DNA of 64,000 bases. Origin: a virus. A program made the translations under genes and the position numbers. The stretch is taken from positions 73,688 through 137,687 of IMG/VR virus record IMGVR_UViG_3300043411_001170. One strand, written 5' to 3'. The notes below the pieces were generated by a model. That model made no database searches. It was not told where the DNA came from and worked only from the letters and a program-made list of their open reading frames with translations. Below, piece by piece: positions 29,669 through 39,270 of the stretch (position 1 is its first letter; every line of letters begins with the position of its first letter).

Positions 29669-30319
29669 ATGGATAAAAATACAAAAACAATAGAAATGAT
29701 AAAGAAGGATATCCCTGATTTTGAAGTAGACTATAAAGACAGCAATAGTTTACAAAAATTTATAGGAATTCTATTGTTTTTTAACAAAAAATATATGAAG
29801 TCGTTCACAACTACTTTATATCCAAAAGTGTATTTTCCTAATAAGGAATGGGAGAGTAGAGAATCGTTTTATAAAACATTATGCCATGAGTATGTTCATT
29901 TAAAAGATAGAAAAGATAACGGGGTGTGGTTTAGTATTTCCTACTTATTTCCACAGATACTAGCTTTACTATCTTTATTATCTATTCTTTCTTTTATCAG
30001 TCTACATTTTCTATGGTGCCTTTTATTCTTAATATTCCTATGTCCCTTTCCATCGACGTTTAGAACTAAATGGGAATTAAGAGGGTACGCTTCAAATATT
30101 TTTATTGCCTATTTAGTTAATAAAAAATTCGATGATGAACAGATAAAATTTATTAAAGAAAATTTCTTGAACATGAGCTATTATAAAATGTCATGGTCGA
30201 AAGAAAAAATAGATGAATCTATTGATTTAATAAAAAAGCAAATATTAGATGGTAGTATAACAGCAGGTAAAGAAGGTCATGTCTATAAGAACATAGAAGA
30301 TCTTCATAAAACTTTCTAA
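29669..30319 (+). CDS. Membrane-anchored HExxH zinc metallopeptidase
   Basis: FTTT...LCHEYVH, hydrophobic hairpin, then third-ligand WELRGY. Confidence 0.7.
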   Translation: MDKNTKTIEMIKKDIPDFEVDYKDSNSLQKFIGILLFFNKKYMKSFTTTLYPKVYFPNKEWESRESFYKTLCHEYVHLKDRKDNGVWFSISYLFPQILALLSLLSILSFISLHFLWCLLFLIFLCPFPSTFRTKWELRGYASNIFIAYLVNKKFDDEQIKFIKENFLNMSYYKMSWSKEKIDESIDLIKKQILDGSITAGKEGHVYKNIEDLHKTF

Positions 30320-30963
30320 TGAGTTATGAAAAGGATAGTAATATGACTGGTTTTCAGCAAAGATTTAATAAAAATGCTCCTCAATCTGGACATTCTGGAC
30401 AGGGAGATCCTTCCGTTAGACGTATGAGGGCAACGGTAACTTTCCATTTAGGGGCAGCTAACACAAAAATTAACAAGGATCAGATTGTTGGGTGGGACGG
30501 ATATAGCTTGTATATGGGAAGTAGGGTTGTAGAAATGCAGGGTATTGACGGAGCCATTTTAAAGAAATGGCTAGTAGATCTTGATGACGATTATGAGTAT
30601 TCTCCAGCCCCAGCAAAGATGTCTAAAGATAACCCAATCAAATTTGCAACTGAAGATAATATCGAAGCAGAAATGAAGATTGAGAAAAATGGATCTTTGA
30701 CACCAAAGAAACTTCCTAACGGGATGACAATTCAACCCTCTCAACAAAGAACCTCTCAAATGTCTAAGGTTGCTTCTCAGCAACAACGTGTCGGAGGTTT
30801 TAGTATTGAACAGGAACATACCGTTCCTGTTATGCAGATTTCTAAAGACTCTAAGGGTGTGTCCTCTGCTACACCTTTACAAGCTCAAAAATCATCGGCA
30901 CCTACATCGAAAGCTAAAAAGGGATTTCGTTTAGGTTCTGTCGGTATTGAGGATGAAGGTTAA
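30319..30963 (+). CDS. Hypothetical protein
   Basis: 214 aa, TAATG-coupled to the peptidase gene; KFAT and KVAS motifs. Confidence 0.65.
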   Translation: MSYEKDSNMTGFQQRFNKNAPQSGHSGQGDPSVRRMRATVTFHLGAANTKINKDQIVGWDGYSLYMGSRVVEMQGIDGAILKKWLVDLDDDYEYSPAPAKMSKDNPIKFATEDNIEAEMKIEKNGSLTPKKLPNGMTIQPSQQRTSQMSKVASQQQRVGGFSIEQEHTVPVMQISKDSKGVSSATPLQAQKSSAPTSKAKKGFRLGSVGIEDEG

Positions 30964-31014
30964 TACTCAGATATGAGTATCTAAGAGTTCTGTTAATTTA
31001 TAAATAAATTCCCT

Positions 31015-31047
31015 ATAAGCCCGCTATTTTGAGCGGGCTTATTTTTT
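31015..31047 (+). terminator. Intrinsic terminator
   Basis: ATAAGCCCGCT-attttg-AGCGGGCTTAT followed by TTTTT. Confidence 0.85.
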
Positions 31048-31059
31048 GAGGGATTGTCT

Positions 31060-31446
31060 ATGAAAAGTCAGTTAGAAATATTTAAGATTATATTAACAAA
31101 AGACGTAACACAGATAATTACAGAGTTGTATAAATTACAATTATATGTAAAACGAATTTTACAACTCATAGAAAATTTAGACGAGAAAGAAAAAGAAAAA
31201 ATATATCAAGTCGCAGGTGATCTTGTAGATGCCGTACCAAATTCCTTAAGGAAGATGGATATCTTACTTTCTAAGATACTATACGCCTTAAATATAATTT
31301 GGAGGAAAGAATTAAAAGTGTCTCTTCCGTTTGATGAAAGGTCAGAAGTTGAAAATTTAATCACTCCGTCCAAGGAAGTAGACATAGGAAAGATTAAGAA
31401 GACAGCGAAAAAAATTGCGAACCTGTTAATTAATCGTGGCAAATAA
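31060..31446 (+). CDS. Hypothetical helical protein
   Basis: ORF 31054..31446; ATG at 31060 after GAGG; C-terminal KKTAKKIA. Confidence 0.65.
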   Translation: MKSQLEIFKIILTKDVTQIITELYKLQLYVKRILQLIENLDEKEKEKIYQVAGDLVDAVPNSLRKMDILLSKILYALNIIWRKELKVSLPFDERSEVENLITPSKEVDIGKIKKTAKKIANLLINRGK

Positions 31447-31458
31447 GAGGATCGAGAG

Positions 31459-32748
31459 ATGAGAAATCCATTTGAATCCTTCTTATTAAGTATGTTGGTT
31501 GATCCTCGTATCAATGACGGTACACTCGTACAGAACTACGATTTTAGTCATAATGAATTAAGAAACGAATTATTAATGACCAATGATTTATTTCCTTATG
31601 AATCGGAAACACCTCCAAATACTTATCAAAAGTCATACGGAAATTTAGCTTATAATTTTCCTATAGCTGGTGACGGTTTTCCAAATAAAAAAGAATATAC
31701 AAATGATGAATATCCTTCCAGAAGTTTTGCTGTTCCAGGTGACTTATATGGCCATCCTGTAAATTACAGTGCCGAATATAGCTCTGCCTCTTTATCTCCA
31801 TTTCTTAGTGATCGATATGTTCCGTCTTTTACAAAAAAAGCTGCTATTAATTTAATTTCAAAATTAGCGATGAGAAACAGTGAGAATTTATTCTTTGAGA
31901 GAGTTGAATCTGGATCTAGAAATGACTGGTGGACTGAGAGGTACTTTGGTAAAGGAAGTGATGGTCCTTTTATTAATGTAGACTACAATGATTATTATAA
32001 TAAAAATGTTCCTGGTGGATCTGATTTAAGTTTACCTGATTTAATTATAGATTCATCACAAACAAGCAAAGTGATCCCAGATCATTACGATTATTTTATT
32101 AACAAACAAGCTGCTCAGGTTTTATACAGATCTCTTAATTTTATCCAAAACCCAAAAAGAAAATATTTAACAATGATGGATGTACTTAATTTTACCCAAC
32201 AGAAGGTAAGATTAAGGGCAGTAGGTTATAGACCTCTATTTAGAAGATTTGATCCTATTTGGATGACACATCACTATACCGTTGGTGATTACGAAGTAAT
32301 TCTTCAAGTAAACTATAAAAATAGAGAAATTGAAAATCTTAATCCAGAACGCGATCCTTTTCGGGTATCATGTTCTTGTCCGTTCTGGAGATGGCAAGGA
32401 CCAGAACATTGGGCTAGACGATTTCTTTATTTATATTCTGATCCAGTTGGTACGGCTTCCGTTCCTGTTATAAGAGATCCTATGAGAAGACATGGAATGT
32501 GTAAACATGTCTATGCACTATTTAAAACAATAGTAAGTACATATAGAGCATCTAAAGGTTATAGAGAAAATAGAGGAAAAGGAAAGCCGATTGTCGATCT
32601 TGTTACTTCTCTTAATACTAGAAAAGTACCTACTATTACTAAAAAACCAACTGTAAAGAAAATTCCAAAATCAGATGTTAATAACGATAATAAAGAATTG
32701 GATAAGCCCTTTAATAATTTAACTATTCCAGAAAAGAAAAAGAGATAA
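31459..32748 (+). CDS. SWIM zinc-finger protein
   Basis: VSCSCPFWRWQG...MCKHVYA fits the CxC...CxH SWIM signature. Confidence 0.75.
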   Translation: MRNPFESFLLSMLVDPRINDGTLVQNYDFSHNELRNELLMTNDLFPYESETPPNTYQKSYGNLAYNFPIAGDGFPNKKEYTNDEYPSRSFAVPGDLYGHPVNYSAEYSSASLSPFLSDRYVPSFTKKAAINLISKLAMRNSENLFFERVESGSRNDWWTERYFGKGSDGPFINVDYNDYYNKNVPGGSDLSLPDLIIDSSQTSKVIPDHYDYFINKQAAQVLYRSLNFIQNPKRKYLTMMDVLNFTQQKVRLRAVGYRPLFRRFDPIWMTHHYTVGDYEVILQVNYKNREIENLNPERDPFRVSCSCPFWRWQGPEHWARRFLYLYSDPVGTASVPVIRDPMRRHGMCKHVYALFKTIVSTYRASKGYRENRGKGKPIVDLVTSLNTRKVPTITKKPTVKKIPKSDVNNDNKELDKPFNNLTIPEKKKR

Positions 32749-32753
32749 TTAGT

Positions 32754-33146
32754 ATGCCTACATATTCTTATAATTGTGATGTGTGTGAAATTGATTTTGA
32801 TGCTGTCAATCGGATTACGGAGTCAGATAAAAAAGAAAAATGTCCTAAATGTGGAAAGTTAGAATGTCCAAGAATTTTCACACCTAATGGAAATTTTATC
32901 TTAAAAGGTTCTGGATGGCCAAGTAAGGCTATGTCTATAAATAAGCAAATGACGACTGCAAATAATGAAAATAAATATAAACAACAGCAATATAAATCTA
33001 TGGTTCCTACTTTAGTTCCAAATGTAGAGGGTGAAAGAGTAGAATCTTGGTCTGATGCTCAAAAATTAGCAAAAGAAAAGGGCCATGATACCTCTTCTTA
33101 TGAGCCTGCCGTTCAAAAAGAACAATCTAAAAAAATCGTAACTTAA
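32754..33146 (+). CDS. FmdB-family zinc-ribbon protein
   Basis: MPTYSYNCDVC...F...CPKCG...RIF...FILKGSGW. Confidence 0.85.
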   Translation: MPTYSYNCDVCEIDFDAVNRITESDKKEKCPKCGKLECPRIFTPNGNFILKGSGWPSKAMSINKQMTTANNENKYKQQQYKSMVPTLVPNVEGERVESWSDAQKLAKEKGHDTSSYEPAVQKEQSKKIVT

Positions 33147-33172
33147 TATTTATTGGTATAGACGAGGTTTTT

Positions 33173-33865
33173 ATGCATTTACGAGAGAGAAAAAAGAATT
33201 ATATTTACATTTTAGTCCCTGCAATGGAAAACGTTATAGGATGGAGAATATTAGCTCACCGAACTCTAACGTTATGCCATACTACTCCTGTTAATATTGG
33301 TGAATATCGGATAGATCAGGGATTTATTTCTAGCTCTATGCGTAAATATAGTCGGGGTTTTGAAGGTACAAACCTGACAAAAGGTTATTCAAGAATTCTT
33401 ATTAATATAGAAGATCCAGAAATTTCTCAAGGTAGAGCAGAAATTCCTCTCGATGACAAATACTTATTTTTAAAGTTACAACCATTAATGTCTACAACAG
33501 GAACATACGCTACTTATTTTACAAATATCTTAATTATCCCTACGGTAGAAACTTTTAGTAGAGAATTACCTTATATTATGGTTGGTGGCTCGGCTCCAGG
33601 AATTACGGCAGTAGCAGATGTACCTCCTTCTGAAAGCTTTATGAAGGTGTCATTACCTAGACAATCTATTTTCTTTTCTGTGTCCAATTCATCAACAACA
33701 GAACCTCTTTTAGTTTCTTTTGATAAAGGTGCTCCAGCAGTATCTCTCCCTCCAGGGTATGAGTCCAGTACAACAGACGCTGGTGTATCTGATTTTTATG
33801 TTGCATCTACAACAGGTAATACAGTTCCTTTCATTGTAAACGCTTCAATGAGAGGAGTTCGATAA
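33173..33865 (+). CDS. Hypothetical protein (putative virion)
   Basis: 230 aa, GAGGT SD, beta-rich. Confidence 0.6.
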   Translation: MHLRERKKNYIYILVPAMENVIGWRILAHRTLTLCHTTPVNIGEYRIDQGFISSSMRKYSRGFEGTNLTKGYSRILINIEDPEISQGRAEIPLDDKYLFLKLQPLMSTTGTYATYFTNILIIPTVETFSRELPYIMVGGSAPGITAVADVPPSESFMKVSLPRQSIFFSVSNSSTTEPLLVSFDKGAPAVSLPPGYESSTTDAGVSDFYVASTTGNTVPFIVNASMRGVR

Positions 33866-34044
33866 ATAAACAATTAATAATTAACTATATTGTTGGGATT
33901 GTCCCCATAATTCTTTTATAAAAATTAAAAAAGAGCGAATACTTTTTTGAGGCTATTTGCTTCTCTAAACGATATCACCTTAAAAACTTGATAGATTGTC
34001 TTTATAGAGGCTATAAAATAGCAGTCTACCAATGGAGCCATTAA

Positions 34045-34719
34045 ATGCCTACTTTAACACAGACCGCACACGTTCACATGAAAAGAACCGATATCCCAAA
34101 TAAGGTTCTTCAATTAACTGACTTGTTTCCTCACACCTCTCTAAGCAACACTGTAAACCTTCCTCCTGGCCAAACTCGTTATCTCAAGAGAGCATCGACA
34201 GTTTGGAGTACCGTAGCCACAAGTGGTGCCAATCCTATCGTTACTGTAAATGCTTATCAAGGATTGGCTGCCTATCTTCTTGATAATATCGAAGCTGGTG
34301 GTGGCACTTTGGCATTTACGGCTGCTCAAGCAAATGCAGCAGCAACAGCATTGTTAGCGATTGCTGATGCAGGAACTGCTCTTACCCTTACAACAATCAA
34401 TGCTGCTTTGGCAGTTGTAGTTGCAGCAACCACACTAACAACAAACGGATCTACAGGTACAGTTTTGGAAGTCCTACAGATTATTGGTGGACGTATCTAC
34501 ACTGTTCCTGCCGCTGCTGTTATTGAAGCTGCTGGTGCAAAGTCTACCAGAAAAGGATCTTTTGACGACACCTATTTCAAGCCTCTCGTTCGTGGTGGCG
34601 TTTTTGAAGATTCTTTGTTATCTGGACAAGTATCTAAATTGAAGTTAGCTACTTTTAGATACAAGAATACAAATGGTGCTGCTATCGTTGTTTATGACGA
34701 CGAAGGTAATGTCATTTAA
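34045..34719 (+). CDS. Abundant virion structural protein, short paralog
   Basis: A/T/G-rich 224 aa; near-identical N- and C-termini to 34966..35991; high-expression codons. Confidence 0.7.
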   Translation: MPTLTQTAHVHMKRTDIPNKVLQLTDLFPHTSLSNTVNLPPGQTRYLKRASTVWSTVATSGANPIVTVNAYQGLAAYLLDNIEAGGGTLAFTAAQANAAATALLAIADAGTALTLTTINAALAVVVAATTLTTNGSTGTVLEVLQIIGGRIYTVPAAAVIEAAGAKSTRKGSFDDTYFKPLVRGGVFEDSLLSGQVSKLKLATFRYKNTNGAAIVVYDDEGNVI

Positions 34720-34829
34720 TGTCGAAATAACCTGCGTTGTTGGCCCGTGATTGGCCTAATTTAATAGGTTCTTTAAAAATTAAACAGTGATGTTCTCTCT
34801 CACATTGCCGTTTAATAATTACTAAAAAT

Positions 34830-34866
34830 AATAAGAAAAGCCCCCTGATCGGGGCTTTTCTTATTT
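34830..34866 (+). terminator. Intrinsic terminator (bidirectional-looking)
   Basis: AATAAGAAAAGCCCC-ctgatc-GGGGCTTTTCTTATT. Confidence 0.85.
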
Positions 34867-34965
34867 AAGGTCATTAATTTTTTAATATTATTTGAATTTT
34901 AGTTATAGTCTTTTGTCTATTTGTGTCTTGTCTTTTAACATCTAACTTGAAGATATAGAGAAAAT

Positions 34966-35991
34966 ATGCCTACTTTAACACAGACAGCCCACCTTCACGT
35001 CAAAAGAACAGATATTCCTGCTAAAGTTCTTCAATTAAATGATCTTTTCCCACACACTTCATTAAGTAACACTGTAAATCTCCCTCCCGGTCAAACACGT
35101 TACCTTAAAAGAGCGTCATCGGTTTGGAATACTGTAGCTACTACAGGTACAAACCCTATTATTACAGCCGCAGAGTATCAAGGTCTTGCAGCGTACCTAA
35201 TTGATAATTTAGTTTCTGGTGGCGGTACTTCTCCAGTACAAGCAACAGCTACAATTACTGTTACTGCTGTCCCTGTTGTTGGAACAATCACCATTGGAGG
35301 TGTTGTTTTAACAGCAGCCGCAGGAGCCAGAACTCCTGGAAATGATGACTTTGATGGTACTTTAGGAACTACAGATCTAGTGGCTGCTGAAATTGTAGCA
35401 GCTATTAATGATGTTGCAAACGGATTTGACGCTATTGTTACTGCCGCCGCAGTCGGAAGCATCGTTACTATTACAGCCGTTCCTATCGGTGTTCTCGGTA
35501 ATGCTATTACTTTAACTGAAACTTCTGGTCAAATCACAATTTCTGGTGCTTTATTGACAGGTGGCGTTAGCACAGGTACTGGAGCATTGACAGCAGCAAA
35601 TGCAAATGCAGCATCAGCAGCATTATTAGCGATTGCTGATGCAGGAACTGCCCTTACTTTATCTGCTGTAAATGCTGCTATTGCAGGTGTTGTAGCAGGT
35701 ACTTCTTTAACAGGTGGCGGATCTACTGGATCTCTACTAACCCTTCTTCAAGTCATTGGCGGTAGAATCTATACTGTTCCTTCACAGTCTATTATTGAGG
35801 CTGCCAGCGCAAAATCAACTGCTAAAGGAAGTTTGGATACTAGTTATTATAAACACACTGTTCGTGGCGGTGTTTTTGAAGCATCTTTACTTTACGGACA
35901 AGTATCCAAGTTAAAGTTATCTACTTTTAGATATAAGAATACAAATGGTGCAGCCCTTGTAGTATATGATGATGATGGCAATGTTATCTAA
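34966..35991 (+). CDS. Virion structural protein, long paralog with 117-aa inserted domain
   Basis: Paralog of 34045..34719 (341 vs 224 aa); insertion at about 35227-35580. Confidence 0.75.
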   Translation: MPTLTQTAHLHVKRTDIPAKVLQLNDLFPHTSLSNTVNLPPGQTRYLKRASSVWNTVATTGTNPIITAAEYQGLAAYLIDNLVSGGGTSPVQATATITVTAVPVVGTITIGGVVLTAAAGARTPGNDDFDGTLGTTDLVAAEIVAAINDVANGFDAIVTAAAVGSIVTITAVPIGVLGNAITLTETSGQITISGALLTGGVSTGTGALTAANANAASAALLAIADAGTALTLSAVNAAIAGVVAGTSLTGGGSTGSLLTLLQVIGGRIYTVPSQSIIEAASAKSTAKGSLDTSYYKHTVRGGVFEASLLYGQVSKLKLSTFRYKNTNGAALVVYDDDGNVI

Positions 35992-36050
35992 TAGAAATAA
36001 AAGTATATTCTATTAATAGAACACATTAATAGGGTACATTTAAATAGGAT

Positions 36051-36082
36051 AAAACCTCTAAGATAGACCTTAGAGGTTTTTT
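36051..36082 (+). terminator. Intrinsic terminator
   Basis: AAAACCTCTAAG-atagac-CTTAGAGGTTTT followed by TT. Confidence 0.8.
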
Positions 36083-36096
36083 ATTATGGTGTTAAC

Positions 36097-36996
36097 ATGC
36101 CAATAAAATTCTTTCCCGGTAAAGTTGTTCAAGAAGGAGACTTAACCGTATCCTTTATGGACTCAGAGGGAAACTCTACAAATGTGTACAGTATAGTATA
36201 CAATTTATATTATGCCGATCCAGGTCCACCTATAACTTATGTCCAAATAGATCCTGTTGATAGGACACCTGCGAATCCATTTTTAGGTGATTATTACGCC
36301 TCTTTTATGATTCCTCCAGGAGCAACACTTGGAAATTATCAGATAAGATGGACATTTCAACAGAACTCATCAGACCCACCAGCAGAAATAATACAAGAAT
36401 TTGAAGTAGTATCTTCAGACACTCAGTTAGTAACTTATACTACTTGTGAAGCCGATTTAATAAGACAACTAAGAATATTTCTACGAGATAATAACCCAGA
36501 TAGAAATTATCATTTTAGACCTCCCGAACACGAAGGTAGAATAGGTAACTATAATAGGGTATTTGGATATGTATGGGAAGATGAAGAATTGAAACAATAC
36601 TTATTATGGGGACTATATTGGTGGAATAGCCAGCCACCAAATACATCAGGTATTTGTTCGTTGGAAGCGATCTGTAATACACACCCCTATTGGATTACAA
36701 ATATTTTATGGGCAGCATCAGTACATGCTCTATATGCTTTATCAATTAATTGGATGCACGATGAATTTGATTATTCTATTGGAGGTGTTTCTCTAAGTTT
36801 AGAAAAATCATCAAAATATCAGAGTGCAAGACAAGAAGCCGAGGCTATGTTAGATAAAGCTACTCAAGCTAAAAAAGATACTGTAAGATTTATTAGAGGA
36901 CTTAAACAGCATAGATATTCTCAGGGCGTTAGAAGTTCTTTTGGACCTGCTCTTGGTAAGGGAATATTGAGTCCTAGAAGTTTTATCGGATATTAA
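36097..36996 (+). CDS. Putative head-tail adaptor (neck) protein with N-terminal Ig-like domain
   Basis: N-terminal 'GDYYASF.IP....GNYQIRW'; C-terminal 'LRIFLRD...WEDEEL...FDYSIGGVSLSL..SSKYQ' adaptor-like. Confidence 0.6.
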   Translation: MPIKFFPGKVVQEGDLTVSFMDSEGNSTNVYSIVYNLYYADPGPPITYVQIDPVDRTPANPFLGDYYASFMIPPGATLGNYQIRWTFQQNSSDPPAEIIQEFEVVSSDTQLVTYTTCEADLIRQLRIFLRDNNPDRNYHFRPPEHEGRIGNYNRVFGYVWEDEELKQYLLWGLYWWNSQPPNTSGICSLEAICNTHPYWITNILWAASVHALYALSINWMHDEFDYSIGGVSLSLEKSSKYQSARQEAEAMLDKATQAKKDTVRFIRGLKQHRYSQGVRSSFGPALGKGILSPRSFIGY

Positions 36997-37058
36997 ATTT
37001 AATAAAAAACAATTATAGCCAATAACTATTTCTAAACTATAACATATAGGACTTATAT

Positions 37059-38537
37059 ATGACAGACAAATTCGCAAAAAGAAAAGAAACAGTGGACAGT
37101 GCTAGATATGAAAAAGATATCAGTGCAAGAGACTCTTACAGTAAAGAACAACTAGCTCTTTTTAGAGAACTTTATCCTATATTTAAAATTTCTAGTAAAA
37201 GCGTAGTAAATATTAAAAATGATAAAGAAAAAGTTAAAATATTAAAAGAAGTATTAGTCACAGAATCTGAGGTCACAGATTTTCTTGAATCTTATCCAGA
37301 AACTAATAGAGATAGCTTGCTGAAACTAGGTGTAGCTGTAGCATTGGGGAAAAATATAGCTAAAGTTGAGTCTCTTGCTATATCTGTTTTCAACGATATC
37401 TACGTAACAAAAGAAATCTCTTCTGATACTCAGCAGCTAAAAAATAAACTTCCTGAACAAGTATTGGAGTTTTTACCAGATAAAATAACAATAAAAACAG
37501 ATCCAGATGGCGTCATTAACGAGATAACAAATAGATTTCAAGAACAGTATGAAACTATTGGAAAGAAAATAGATCTTCAGAAGAAGATCTTATCTAAATA
37601 CAACGACATCTCAGCTAAAATTAAAAAAGACCTCAATAGTGAAGATGAACAGACGAAATTAGCTGCTCTCATAATGGCTATTATTATGGAGACTGGAATT
37701 AGACCAGGAAAACCAGGAACGTCTTCAAAAAAGAAGAGTAAAGATGGTACGTCCATTGATACTTTTGGTGCTACCACTTTAACACCTGATCACATTTCTT
37801 TTTTGAAAGATAGTGAAGTGGAGTTAACATTTCCAGGTAAAAGTGGAACGATTAATGTAGCATCTATTCAAAATAAAGATTTGATTACTATCTTAAAAAG
37901 ATATGTGGAACATACACAAAGTTTAATTACAGGAGAAGAAGGATCTGCCCCGAGATCTGTGTTTACAACAAGTGATGGAAAAACTCTTTCTCAAGATTTC
38001 TTAAGACGTTATGTAAAAAAACTCGGTGTACAGGGACTACGTCCTACAGATTTTAGAAAATTGAGATCTACACAGGCTGTTCTTAATAGTCTAAATTCTC
38101 AACTAGAGGGTTTATATAATAGAATCTCTCAAGCAATTAGTAATCAGACTGAAAATCTCAAAGAAAGAATCGTGGAAGAAGTAATGTCTACTGTAAAACA
38201 GGCATATAAACATGCCGAAAAAACATTATCACATGATAATGTGAGAACAACTATCGACCATTATGTCAATCCAAGCTTATTGTTAAATTTCCTCAGTACA
38301 GGAAAAGTAGCAGACAATCTTAAATCTGCCATCGTAGACAGTAAAACTGTTCTCAGCTTTGATCCAGAAGTATTTGTACAACAGGCTATGGCTAGAAAAT
38401 CTGCTCAACCAGATCTTGTAAAAACATCTTCGGACGGAAATAAGCGGATGATTTCTATTCTTTATAAACTTGCAAAATTAGCAAGTTCTACGAAGAAATT
38501 AATTAATTCTTCAGATCATTATTCCTTCAGGTTTTAA
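37059..38537 (+). CDS. DNA topoisomerase IB (poxvirus/bacterial type)
   Basis: Catalytic pentad in order: ETGIRPG (R), TFGATTL..DH, LTFPGKSG (K), RPTDFRK (R), LSHD (H)...HYVNP (Y). Confidence 0.85.
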   Translation: MTDKFAKRKETVDSARYEKDISARDSYSKEQLALFRELYPIFKISSKSVVNIKNDKEKVKILKEVLVTESEVTDFLESYPETNRDSLLKLGVAVALGKNIAKVESLAISVFNDIYVTKEISSDTQQLKNKLPEQVLEFLPDKITIKTDPDGVINEITNRFQEQYETIGKKIDLQKKILSKYNDISAKIKKDLNSEDEQTKLAALIMAIIMETGIRPGKPGTSSKKKSKDGTSIDTFGATTLTPDHISFLKDSEVELTFPGKSGTINVASIQNKDLITILKRYVEHTQSLITGEEGSAPRSVFTTSDGKTLSQDFLRRYVKKLGVQGLRPTDFRKLRSTQAVLNSLNSQLEGLYNRISQAISNQTENLKERIVEEVMSTVKQAYKHAEKTLSHDNVRTTIDHYVNPSLLLNFLSTGKVADNLKSAIVDSKTVLSFDPEVFVQQAMARKSAQPDLVKTSSDGNKRMISILYKLAKLASSTKKLINSSDHYSFRF

Positions 38538-38556
38538 AAACAATGGGTTAATATAA

Positions 38557-39270
38557 ATGTTACCAGAAAAATATATTCCAATAACTGATATCAAAAACTG
38601 GATATTTAATATTAACCCGGCATATTACTACATGCCATTTTTCACTGGGTTCTTAATTATAAAACCAAATAAAGGAAGTGAGCTATGTGAATTATTATTT
38701 TATCCGAAAAGAGGATTATTATTAAGTTTTGGAAGATACATAACAGCAAACCATTGTGCAAGAATGGCTGCTAAATGGTGTTTACAGACGGATCAAAATA
38801 GATTTTTACCGTCATCCACTGATGAAACAGAAGATGCGAAGAAAAAGCGTAGAGAAAAAAGAAAAAGAAAGAAAATAGACTTGACTGAGAGTATAGAACC
38901 TAGAGATGAATACTCTGTATTAGGTCCAGAGACACCAGCAGAAAATTCGGCCCCCATACCTAAAATGGCATCTTCTGGTGCTCAAAGCGGTACTTTAGCC
39001 ATATTTGAGGAAATGAGGCATGGTGTAGAAAAGAAAATGATTTTTCATGAGTCAAAGACGAGTTATATTCTCATATATAGAAAAATACGAGACGAAATTC
39101 AAGTAGTTATTTCTAAATTAGAGGGAGAGGGAAATCCTAAATTGGCTACAGGAACATACACAGGTAGTCCTGTATTTGTTGTTTCTATTTTAAAGGATAT
39201 GCCGAAAGTACTGGAGACTATTTCATATAGTTATTTTAGACTTCCTGTAAAAACGATTTGGAACAGCTAG
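38557..39270 (+). CDS. Hypothetical protein
   Basis: 237 aa; RMAA and KMAS motifs; basic patch. Confidence 0.6.
   Translation: MLPEKYIPITDIKNWIFNINPAYYYMPFFTGFLIIKPNKGSELCELLFYPKRGLLLSFGRYITANHCARMAAKWCLQTDQNRFLPSSTDETEDAKKKRREKRKRKKIDLTESIEPRDEYSVLGPETPAENSAPIPKMASSGAQSGTLAIFEEMRHGVEKKMIFHESKTSYILIYRKIRDEIQVVISKLEGEGNPKLATGTYTGSPVFVVSILKDMPKVLETISYSYFRLPVKTIWNS

Noticed and set aside
37059-38537. Tyrosine integrase/recombinase interpretation
   Set aside because: FxGK, GATTL and the DFR context match Topo IB; it lacks the HxLRH box, and no att-like context is seen.
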